From contig NW_019218627.1 of NCBI RefSeq assembly GCF_002571385.2, positions 11,316 through 75,315 of the forward strand: a stretch of DNA of 64,000 nt, read 5' to 3'. Origin of the DNA: Stylophora pistillata. Lineage: Eukaryota. The number at the start of each line of letters is the position of its first letter. Positions within the stretch are counted from its first letter, which is position 1. The notes under the pieces were generated by a model. The model worked only from the letters and a program-made list of their open reading frames with translations, made no database searches and was not told where the DNA came from. This document shows, piece after piece, positions 1-11,577 of the stretch. The translations under genes were made by a program, and so were the position numbers.

Positions 1-259
1 TCTTTAAGCTAGCGTGACTCCTTATATATCTTTCAGAAAAGTTCTAGAATGTTCTAGAGATCTGTAATATTGCTATTTTTAGAAACATTACACTATGATT
101 ACATCATAACAAAAATATGCTGAGTCACGGTTCTAGAAGGTTCTCCTTAAAGTTCTCGCTTAGTCATCATGACTAAATGTTCTAGAAACTTCTTCGTTCT
201 ATTTTTAATAATTACGTAACGCAACGCACTCTAGAAAAATATGGGCGCTCTCCATAACA
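1..259 (-). mobile_element. LTR edge (U3 end) of an LTR retrotransposon continuing left out of the window; 5' or solo LTR
   Basis: Minus strand starts TGTTATGGAGAGCG at 259 (TG.. LTR terminus); repeated TTCTAGAA motifs; TATATAAG on minus strand near 21-28; no polypurine tract next to 259. Confidence 0.55.
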
Positions 260-2708
260 GCACTAATCATTGTATACATCCCGTAAAAAAACAGGCAAGG
301 AAAGAAAAATAGGTAAATCAATAAACAGCTCTTACTTGTCGATAAATGTCTGAAGATGAAAGTCTGTAAACATGGTTTTAACGTAACCTACCTTTATTTG
401 CTAAGTTACTTTCGAGAAAAAAAAAAATTCACAAAAGAAAGAGTAAAATTCATGATTTCCTCCTCCAGAGACTCGAAAAATATGACGATTATATTGATTT
501 GTTTACTTTAATAGCACAAATATAAGACCCCAGCATGTTCTGTTTTCTTGCCGTATCTTAAATGCATTAATGTAGTTGTAATTTGTCTAGAATTTTGAAT
601 CTCTTGCTCTGTAAATATTTTTATTTTATATTTTATAATATACGTATTAAACACTGACCGCCTCGACTAGCCTTTGCTAACTGCGGGCAGTGTATATTTT
701 TTGTAATATTGTAATATATCATTAATATATATCATTAAACTATCATTAAACTATTAAATCTCGAAAGTTATGCAAACCCTAGAATGTGTCTCGGATTTGC
801 GAAACAAGATCTAACAATCTCATATGAATTCTCCCAACCCTCCCAGCCCTCCTAGTGTTTAGATAAGGCCATTGTAAACACCGTATAACAGTCCTCTATT
901 TCTTAACTAACAAAGACAATTGATACTTTTTGTGTGTTTTAACCGTTTTGTTTTTCTTCACCAGTCGAATTTTGCTTTTTTTAAAATTAGATCATAGACA
1001 AAGAGGTCACTTATGAGAGACCTTTGCTTTCGTTTTCCGAGAAACCTGCGGGTTTTTTCCCGGAATTAGAAACGCTCACGAAGCATATATTTACGAAGCT
1101 GACGAAGCAAATATCAAGAACGCCGACGCAGCAGAACTTAAAACCGCTTAAAAAACTGTTTCCAAGCACAACAGAGCCATTCACTTCAAGGAAGGAAAAG
1201 AAAGAGGTATGAATTTCCTTAGTTCCGAGGTAATGTGATCAACTAATAATGTACTTGAAGAAAAATTGCGCTTTAGTTGGCGAATAGCAACGAGAACATC
1301 GAAGGAATAACCCGCAGCTTATGTCAAATTTGTCAACAACATTTCTTCCGGTAGCGGAGTTTATTAAGACACTAATGCGAAGAAAATTGAGTCTTTTCAG
1401 AAACAAAGGCTCTTCCAGATCTAAACACACTGATGACATCGAATTCATTGAAGTGATTACAAAGAGAAGTAATTTGAATTTATCGATAAAATTTAAAAGA
1501 AGCCGATCGATTTATTCGCGAGATTCCTCTTGGGAAAGCTACGAAATCAAAAGAATTTACCACGCTAAAATTTGTCTCAGGATAATGCAAGTCCCAAATT
1601 TAGCTTGGGCAATGGTTGTACTTATGAAAGTTCGACACCAAATGATTGTAACTTTGGAATAGAGTTGAAACATTGCCTTTTCGCATTTTGGCTTGCATGA
1701 AATAAAACTTACTAGTTTTGCTATGATTTCTTTTCTCGGCCTTGCATTTTTCCTTTCGTTATTGACAGTAGCAGACTCTGGATTTAAAAATTATATTTTT
1801 TCATTGATATTTTGATAATTTCAAACCGCGACACAGGTTACAGTTTTGGTAAGCGTGTTTGACAATCGGGTACAAATGACGATCCGGAAGACTTCGTGGC
1901 GCAATATAACTTATGTTCTCTTATGTTGAATGAGTCTTAAAAAGGACTATTTTAGTAGTTCAACATTTTTATTGTGTAAGCTTGTTATGGACAATAGCAA
2001 AATCCTAATTCGTCTCAATCATTTGGCCCTTTTGAGTGCCTACGAATAATCTTTTGTAAATAAAATTAAAGGGATCAAATTAATGCTTGCTCGAAGGCAT
2101 TAATTTCATCATTTCACTGGGTTTAATTAAATGCGGTAAGATTACCATAAATCAGACACGATTTCGCCAGGCTTAGTTGAACCCTCGACAACTCTGAAAC
2201 TTTGAACCGAGGACTAAACAGTTAGGGAACATTCCTGAATTCCTTATTGTAATGACTAATGAAAATGATAAACATTTGAAACATACAACACTCACTGTTT
2301 GCCATACATGTTATAACTTGAATACAGTAACTCGTCCACTCAATTTATCTCGGCGACGAGTATTATTTGGGAAACGCTCAGGGCAATTTTAACTGTTCCC
2401 AATATGACTGCTAGCTTGTGCTGCCATGGAGCGGACATGACTCGGGTCTCTTCACAAGGATCGGGTTACCTATTCGTCTATAGCTAATGACTCGAATCAT
2501 GGAGCGGTCATGGAATAAGAACAGACCGAGCTCTGTACTCTCTAGTCACCAGCCAAATTTCAGAATCTTTGTTTAAAATACGTTTTACAGCAGAAAATTT
2601 TTATAATTTTCTAGTGATCAATCCACCAGAGTTTAAGCGGAGCATTTTACCTTTTTACCTTTCAGCTTCTCGGATTAATAAGAGATACAAGGAAGCTAAC
2701 TGGCTACG

Positions 2709-5700
2709 ATGGAAACAAAAAATAGCGACTCACTCCATGAGAAAATTAAAAAACAGAAAGAAAAAATTTGCGGAAATAGCCCGAATCTATCTAAAGAAGC
2801 TGCCGATTACCTGGAAGCAGCGCTTGGAAGATTACATTCCCTTACTTTCAAAGATTCAAAACAAAAGGACACATTTTTTGAAAATGTTCAATGTCTTCAA
2901 GGATATCACATAATTGAAATCTTCAATACATGGGTGGCCTCTCATCTTCAAGATTCACTGAAAGATCCTTCCAAATCGACGAGAGAGATAATGGGAATTT
3001 TCGAAATTTGTTCTCAATTTTGTTATTCCTCCGACATGTCCAGTGGAGTATCCTTTGAGGTCTTTATCAGGACTATTAAGTTTTGCTTTCCCTCTGATTC
3101 AAAGAAGTGCCACTTATCAACAAGAATAGTTGTGATGCTACTGGAACTTGTGCAGATTCTCCAAGAAGGAAAACTCATTTTTCCTGTTTCAGATTCACAG
3201 AAGAAAACGTACTGCATTAACAGTGCTACGAATCTCTTCAATGACTTCATTGTAATTTTAGAGGCGAGGGACTATTGCGCGGAAGATATTGTTGATATAA
3301 TCTCCCAAGCATCTAAGTTTGCTCGGGCAGATATCAAACGCAAGTCTTCTGAATTGCAATCGGAACTGATGAAGACGTTATTTCCTGGCTTACAGTAACC
3401 TTTTGATGACTTGATTCCCGCAATTTACTTCAGAAACTGGGGTGATCTCCTTCAGCTAACGAAAGAAGGAGATGTTGCATTCATTCTTCGTCTAGCCAGT
3501 GAAGATCCACTTTATACGCCTCTACCAGGTACCATATCTCCTCTTTGGTATATGGTTAATGTCTTACGGGAACTTAAAAGAAAAGGAGAGCAAGTCGATC
3601 TTGGCTATGAGGAAGAACGGCTTGATGTTTTCTTTAGACACATGTACGATGTTTTCAGAGAAGGCTACGAGATGACAGCTACCTCATTGAAAATCTTCTC
3701 ATGGAAAAAGGTTAACGATACCGACTTAGCAGATGTTTATAAAATTTTCTTCCTCAGAAAATGCGAAGAGCCCACACAATTTCCAACCCACAGTGTACAA
3801 TGCTTCCAATCAGTGGGAGAATTGCTGCATAAATTTCCAGACGGATGTCTAGTCGCAAGAATTCTCCAATTTTGGATTGACACTTTCCCAAATGATCTGG
3901 AAAAAGCAGAGCTTATGAAATTGTTAGATCTCTTCACAGGCCTCTTTATCAAACAATCAGCTGAAAGTGTAAACGGCTTAAAAGAAAAAGCTGACCGGCT
4001 CTTACATTATATTATGAAAATAATCAAGGCGTCCTTAATCGTTTCTTGGCCTAAAGCACCTGAATTTTTGGAGGTATTCAAGCGATCAGCATATTCTTTT
4101 TTGGACTGGATTTCACAACAAGTTGACCTCAGCGAATATGCCAAAGAAAACACGATTGCCCTTTTCGTGCGATGCTTCGATCGTATGGAAAGGTGCGAAC
4201 CATTTTCTTGTCAGCTCATCAAATCCTTGTGCCTATGCAAAGGCTTGTCCCTCGAATACAGGGAAACTTTTCTTGAGGAAATTATAAACTTTTCCACGCA
4301 CCTCGACGAGAACGAAAAAGATCTCATTCTGGCTTTTGTATCTAAAGTATCTACGTCTAGTCAGACCCTTGATAGCAATCAGGAAGTCTTCTCTGAACTC
4401 TCAGAGACATTAAATCGATTAATTTTCAAAAACAAACGTCTGACAAAACAAACTAGATCTAAAACATTTCAGCTGATCATGAATCTAGCCAAAGCTCCAC
4501 TTCTGAGCGTGAAGACTGATAATGTAGTTCGCTTAATAAGGCATTCAAGGAATTTACCAGATGGTCTATCATGCTGCGAAGATGTTTTAAGATTAGCGAC
4601 CTCAGTTGCTGCAATTGTCAAAGAAAGAGCTGAGGAATATTTTGAGATTCTATTCTCGGCAGTTTTTGAGACTTTGAACGGATCGAAACCCCTCTGTGAG
4701 GTCTTTAGCATCCAGCATCAGAATATGACTAAGCTACATATTGATGAGGGTTTCTCAATCGATGTAATGATCATTTGGAATGTTGCCGTGGCTGGACTCT
4801 TGGCACTGGGTATATTTGATAAGATGGTTGACCTGCCTTGTTGCTTGCCAGTTTTTGCAAGAGCAAGGGGATTTAACTCCCCATTTGAAGCTTTGTTGCT
4901 GTATTTTGAGTTAAGGCGGGTGTTTTCTGGGGTCATCTTGTTGTTGAGAGACTTTGCCAAGAGAGGTAGTAGGGAACCATTACCTAAGTCCCCTGTTGGA
5001 AACTTTGTTGATTCTCTGAAAATTATCGTACAGTCTGACATCTCAACACCTGAGGCGAAGCTTAGGTTGATCCAGAAACTCTATCTCCTAGTGCAAGGAA
5101 AGCCAAGGCTCCTGATTGGAAACGTCTTACATTGCGCACTTATGAATGTCATTCCACTTTGTAGCGGAACCTGCCGATCGGACCAAAAAAAGGATTTGGA
5201 CTTTGATCACATTGCAACCATAATTGAACGTCCTGGAATGGTGGAGCTACTTGGAAACATTCCTTCGACACCATCAAAATCAATGTGTTCTATTCTTTGT
5301 CAAACGATTTCCAAAAGGCTATCCACGCAAGATGTAAGCAAGATCTACGATTGTTTTGCTTCCTTCAGACATGCACGAAAAGTATTCCTAGAACATATGT
5401 TAACGCTGTTGGAATCAACCATCAAGGTTTCCAGCTCAGGCACTGTGGTAGTTCGTCTCCTAAAGGAAGCAAAAGAGCTACTCTGTCAGTTTGACCCAAA
5501 ACTGATGCCTCTCGCTATTTCTATCTTTTCTTACCTTGTTGAAAACAACGTAACCCCAAAGGAAAGAGCAGCCTTTTTTGCGGTGGTTTTTCCCGGGTGG
5601 CAAACTACTTGCGACTCAGGCGTGTGTGTGAGGTACGAAATTCCTCACATTCTTTGGAAAACCTACGAAAGTACTAGAAACGGAAAAGGAACATCTGAGG

Positions 5701-8700
5701 TCATGGATAATATCCAAGAACTTATTGAACGCGTCAAAGACCTGGAAACACGAGTAGTGAAAGAGGCTTTGGGAAATCCAGCTACCTTTAATCGTGGCAG
5801 CATAGTTCGCTGCGACTTAGAGAGACTCGCTCTCCACTCCCCTTTATCATGCGAAGATGTTGCCTTATGTTTCCACCTCTCTTGTTGTTACCCAAGTGTC
5901 CACCGACTGACCTGTTTTAACCCGTATGCAGGTTCTGGTTCCCAAATGCAAGATGACCGCTTAATACCTAAACCTACTCAACGCAACGAATCCAAGAGCA
6001 GAGACGATATAAGTAGCCGTAAACAGTTCAGTAATGCCACCCACCATTCATTTGAACAAGCCTCTATGGCTTCAAAAACACTAGCATCTCTCTTGACTCC
6101 AGGTACGATTGCAGAGAAAATGATGGTACAGTTGAGACGTCTCCGAGGTGATGATATAAATCTCCATGATACCACAGTTAAGCTTTGGAATTCTCTTTTT
6201 GCAAACGAAGGCTTAGCCTGTCCAATTGAAGCCTGCAAACCTTCAGACGATTCTTCCGCCTGTGATAATGTGGTAAGGCTTTTCCTCTCCTGCTTGGAAA
6301 AGGCACCATACTTTGAAGTTGTACCTACCTGGTTCGACAATGACATCCGCAAGGGACTAAGTCAGCATCACGTCCTTCAATGTGCCGAAGTCGTATATGA
6401 GTCATGTGGATGGAAAGCCCAAAACCTGGACAAGGAGGGGCATTTTAAGATTCAGGAAGCAATAGCTTTATTATTACAAGAGATCCTTAGAAGTAGCACT
6501 CTATTTCCCAGAATGCCTCCTTTCCTTAATGCAACGTCCTGTTTTTGTGATCTTAGACCCCAACTAGAGTCCCTCCTTTGCATTCTTCAAAATTGCCTGC
6601 CGTTTCAGATAACCTTTGATCTTCTAAAACTCGCCATGGTAGACTTTCAAGCCGCCACTACGATTGCAACGATTGCTTCTTATTGGCCATGCAAAAATGA
6701 AGCAGCAAAGTTGCTGGAGGAAGTTAAAAGGCGCTTCGAAAAAGAGGGAGAGCGTATACACCCACTATGCAAAGACTTTGTTTGGTCAATGTTAGAAGCG
6801 GGTGGCCGGGTTTACAAAGATAGCTCTCAAGTTCTGATAGACAAACTTGAATGGCTGAACGATTTCCATGGCCTTGATGTTCTTAATTACGGCCTTGATC
6901 GGCTTCCAAATTGGCGTAGATTAATGACGGCGGACGGTGTTCCTGCCCACGTGATTGACAACTGGTGTGTGTTTTTTCTCTTCACACCCAGGGAAAACAT
7001 TTCGTTGCGCGATGTTGATGCAGTTCTTGACATCAGTCCCACATCCCTGCAGCTAGTTGCAAATGCCTCTGAAAGTATTAAAAGATGCTTATTTTCAGAA
7101 AATGTCTTTCAAGGAACGCATTCGCAAGAAGAGATATCCTCTAACTCTTTGATCAAGGAATGCTTACGACTGGCCAGATTCCTAAGCGAATTAATCCACA
7201 TATTGAAGGTCCGAGTGCCTGAAAAAACTGCCATCGATGATATTGTTGAGGAAATTGTGGTTCAAGCTTGTAACAGGCTTTGCATGAGTCATATGGAGAA
7301 AATCAAGAAGGAAAAAGATAAAGTCATGAATGCAAAAGACGAAACCGAAGAGACAGAGGACAAAAAACAAAAGGAAGAAAAAAAAACCAAGAAGACAGAG
7401 AACAAATCCAAAAAGGGAGGAAACGTAAGCACAAAGAAAAAAGAGCAAACCAAAACGATAGTAGGCAATTCTAAAATGAAAGAGGACAAATTCAAAGAGA
7501 TAGAAGCCAGAACCGCAGACACAGTAGAAAATGATGGAGAAGAGATGAGAGACAAACGCAAAAAGACAGAGGATGAAAAAGATGAAACAGATTACGAGCC
7601 CAAAATTGCAAAAGATAAAATCAAAAGTAACAATCCCTACAGAATCCTCCACCGGACGCTTAAGGCCCTTTTCAATGAAATGTTTGCCAAACAATCCACA
7701 ATCACCGATAACCAATCCAGTTTACAAAACTGTGGTGAAGGTGCGATGGATTTTGTCTTGAAAGGTTCAACCTTGCCACAGCATCATCTTCCAAGTGAAG
7801 TTTATGAGTCGATGCTGGTATTAATGCGACGCTGGTTGTCGGGTATCGCCAACAAACCATCCCTTGCTTCCAACGCTATGAAGATTGTTCAGTCACTTTT
7901 ATCATTCTCTTGCGAGAAAGATCATTCCCAGATAGAGAAGTTACAAGACGAGATTCGACTTCAGATACTATCATTTCCAAGAAATCAGCTTCTTCTATCC
8001 CAGTTACAAGCAGCAGGCTACAATCAAGGAAACTCCGTGAACTCCCAGGACTTGTGGGCCTCGCCTTCTCTCGAGCTTTCTTGTTTCTTCAGCAAGTGTG
8101 AGTTTCAAAGTGACAAACGTTATGAGACGAAACTAACTGATGTCCTCAGGCTTCATTGGATGCAATGGAAGGACCTACTTTTCAAGCAGAATATTCATTC
8201 TGTAACGATCGATGACCACGAAGTGCCTGTGAAGGACCTCTTTGAGACTCACGCTTCGCGAGTTGAAATGGAGAAGCAGGTGGCAGCTGCAAGGAAAAAA
8301 GTCGGGCAGATTGAGTCCGAGAACGTTAGCAGACATGTGAGCCAGCTAGTTCGTGAAGAGCAGAAGCACCGTGACAGAGTTACTAAATTATACAAGAAAG
8401 TAAGTAAAACGATATACACTAATTTCGTTGACATTGCAGACATTACAGAGCGTGACTTACAAGAAAGTGAGAGCGTACTCATGCATCGTATGCAATACTG
8501 CCTTTACCAGTGGTTAAAAATTCAAACTGTCACATTTACGGAAGAACGATTATGACAACTTGGACAAGCTGGCAGGGTTTGATAGTCCGTAAACTTCCCA
8601 TTAGAACCTGTTAATAGCCCTTCGAAATATTGTGAAGTGATGACGATGATGAAGATTATTATTATAACTCAAATTATCTACTACAACACATAAATCATTT

Positions 8701-11577
8701 GACGATGCTCCGACCTATAGGTAGGGAGGAAAAACGTTCAGGTGACCACCACTAAATTAGTTAAAGCTGACTTTCTAGGTAACCATGTCTTCATTTTTTC
8801 AGAAAGAAGCAAAACCTTGCTCATGCAAAGGCACGTGCTCTAAGGGAGAAACAAGGACCAATCAAGGATGCCCTTGCAAAACACAAGGTTTGGAATGCGG
8901 TCCTGCTTGCACGTGTGGCTCTGCTGACAAGCCTTGTAAAAATAAGGTGGGTTTTGTGTGTTGTGTGCGCTTTATTATATACCTGGCCTGCATTCATTTC
9001 ATCGGCGAGCATTCAGGAATGTTATCCTGGCCAGGAAATCGGAAGGCACTGTGTTCCTTTCAGTACGTCAAATATGATGCTCATGACGAAGATGTCAGGA
9101 AACGCTCAGGAAACACCGTCACTAGTTATATTTTTACTGAATGTTCTTAAACTAAAACCAAGAGCTCATAGTTAACCTTAAAAAGCTAACACCGAGGTTA
9201 GAAAGCACCAGGTTAACAGACTATAAACAAGAGCTATTGGGAATCGATTTGCAGAATTATTGATGCGCTCTTGAGTCGCAAAATGTGCTGATTAACATTT
9301 TATGATTTTGTAATCTAATCGCCATTAGGGTACCACTTCGTTCTCTTAGCATATACTGCTTCAGAAAAAGACATTCTCCACTTTCAATACTTCCACAATT
9401 TCTGTTTCCCTTCTAAGGTGGAAAAAGAGAAGAAGACAAAACTGGTGGCTGTATGGGAAAACCGATTTTTAGAAAACATTAAACTTTGCTCAGAGCTAAT
9501 TCCAGGTAAGCAATTTGACTAGTTTCTCCCAGAGAGCAGGACCCAGAGAAAGCGAAGTAAAACGATCGCCAGTGTAAATTTTAAACATGGATTTACAAGA
9601 TAAAACTGTGAATCAAATTGTCTCTTAATGCAAATCGGCTGTAACTGAACATGGTAATGGCAAAGAAATTAACTTGAAACGAAAAGTCGTTGAAAATCAA
9701 CCCAAAAACGATACAATCGTGAATTTAGCTCGGGACCTTTCCTCAGAAAATAAATCAGAACCCGCAGAACGAGAGCAGAACTTTCTTTTTATCTTTTTTT
9801 TTTAAATCTCCGGGCACTTTAAGTGAGCGGTGTTTCGTGCTTTTTCCAAATGGAGGGGCACCTTGGTAAACTTTTGACTTCCAATGGGCGACGAAGACTT
9901 CATGAAGAAGAAAGCTTAAAGAAAGCGAGGCTCAGTTAGAGAGATAATAAAACTTTTTATTGTTGCAATTTGCAGGCTGTTACGCACCCAACGGTTTCCA
10001 TTCTGAGAAACCTGTGATTTGTGCTCTGTCCGTGGACAACAGGATCTTGACTGTGTTCAAAGAGGAGAAGGGCCGCAGAGAGGAAATCGAGAATGTTGAA
10101 GTGAAACTCTTCGATGCTGGTTTGTACGTATACGGGTTGCATACGAGTGGTCATTATTACGTCACCGACGAATTGTGGGCCGCGTTTTATAAAATGCTTT
10201 TGCAAAAAAGATTGGTGCCTGGAATAGTATTGTCCAATGAAAGCCCGGGGTTTCATTGGATCAAGAAATATGTACAGCCTGGTGAGTGGCAATACACCTC
10301 TTTCCTAAATTGATATTGAGAATTTGCCACCACATCTTTTGCAAAGTTAAACAAACTCCTATTTTGAATAATTAACCTTTCTGTGATTCCCTTCCTCAGT
10401 GAAAGTACATCCTTGCTTCTGGAAGTGGCACCTAAATTGCGGTATCGTTCCTCCAGAAGAAGACTATTTAGACTACCGCCCAATTGAAGCAGCCTTGTGT
10501 CCTTGGTTGCATGGACTCAGTGAATTCCTAACCTTAACAAGGATAAATGTCGCAAGGTTTCGTTTTAAATATCTCATGGTGAGTTCATTTAATGTCAGAG
10601 AAGTTGGCAGGAATATCATGACCTAAAATTACATCTACTGAATCAGCACCCATTTATATCGCCTGTACTAAACATTACTATACTTACGTTATAATTGAGT
10701 TATAGATTACGTCTAGCTTCCGAGTATACCATATAATAGACAAATTTACACTGTTATTTCAAAATGCTAGAAATAACAGGAAAGCAACTGTTTACATGTG
10801 GCATTTCGTTGTATGTTAGTTCGAATCAGCTCAGTTTCAAATGACGTTGATTCTTTGTGAAACAAAATGTCCCGAGTCATTCATTCATTCAGAATCTTTT
10901 GAGATTTCAACATTTTGACTTCGTACTTTGCAGTCATCAATGTGACTCCACTCATGTATTGAAGATATGAGGTGCTGTTGCACTCTTGCCTCATCTTGAA
11001 GTCACAGACATGAACACAAAAATCGCCCTTTTCATCTCTGAGAAGAGAGCAATAACTAAGTTGTCGTCATTCAATATTTCTTAATAAAGAAAACTGCAGA
11101 ATCAAATGACTAACTTTAAACTTTCTAACAAACTTGTCTAAATCAACACTAGGACGCTAAAGTCGTCGAGGGGAAAGAACAGCAGGCGAGGGAAGTGGCA
11201 GGAAAATTCAACGCCATTCCCCAACTGAAACAGAAATTGCACTCGCTGCACAACGACGCCATCCTAATAGGAAAACTCGCATCGAAACTGGAATTTGCTG
11301 TTAAGAAAACAATCACCCAAATTGTGATGGGAGAATGGCCCACTACAGAAACTGTCAAGAAACACATTGATATGAGAAGGTTCGCGTTTATCAAATGTGA
11401 ACAGTGCAAATTGAAAATTCAAAACTGTAAATGTATAATTTACCAAGAGGAATATGCAACTATTGTGCTAAGGGTGTGTGAAAGCGTCCAGGAAACACTC
11501 TTAGTTTTACTATTCTATGTCTTTCTTGTCAATCTATTTGCTTTGGATTAATATAATTCCTGCTTAGGAGGCTTTAA
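2709..11577 (+). CDS. Uncharacterised very large protein (~2,200 codons): helical solenoid-like N-terminal region, K/E-rich linker, CXC exon, unknown C-terminal domain; one in-frame TAA at 3396-3398
   Basis: ORFs 2709-3398 and 3411-8555 are in the same frame, separated only by TAA-CCT-TTT-GAT-GAC. Phase-compatible GT-AG exons: 2709-8399 (donor GTAAGT), 8803-8946, 9418-9505, 9976-10281, 10400-10578; then less certain 11153-11379 and 11568-11577. No family recognised. Confidence 0.7.
8803..8946 (+). CDS. Phase 0-0 exon encoding a CXC/tesmin-like Cys-rich zinc-binding module (part of the large gene)
   Basis: ttttttcAG|AAAGAAGCA...AATAAG|GTgggt; KEAKPCSCKGTCSKGETRTNQGCPCKTQGLECGPACTCGSADKPCKNK has 9 Cys in CxC-x3-C...CxC-x6-C-x3-CxC...C spacing. 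Confidence 0.65.

Noticed and set aside
1024-1662. Short ORFs upstream of the large gene
   Set aside because: No recognisable motifs; 965-1206 has splice-like borders and is more likely a 5' UTR exon.
7191-7715. Hydrophobic minus-strand ORFs (174 and 90 aa); likewise plus-strand 35977-36255
   Set aside because: Antisense shadows of K/E-rich coding sequence.
10934-10971. Additional exon of the large gene after tttgcAG at 10933
   Set aside because: The phase-0 reading stops after three codons (SSM*). It could be an alternative end, but the open 11153 exon fits better; unresolved without RNA data.
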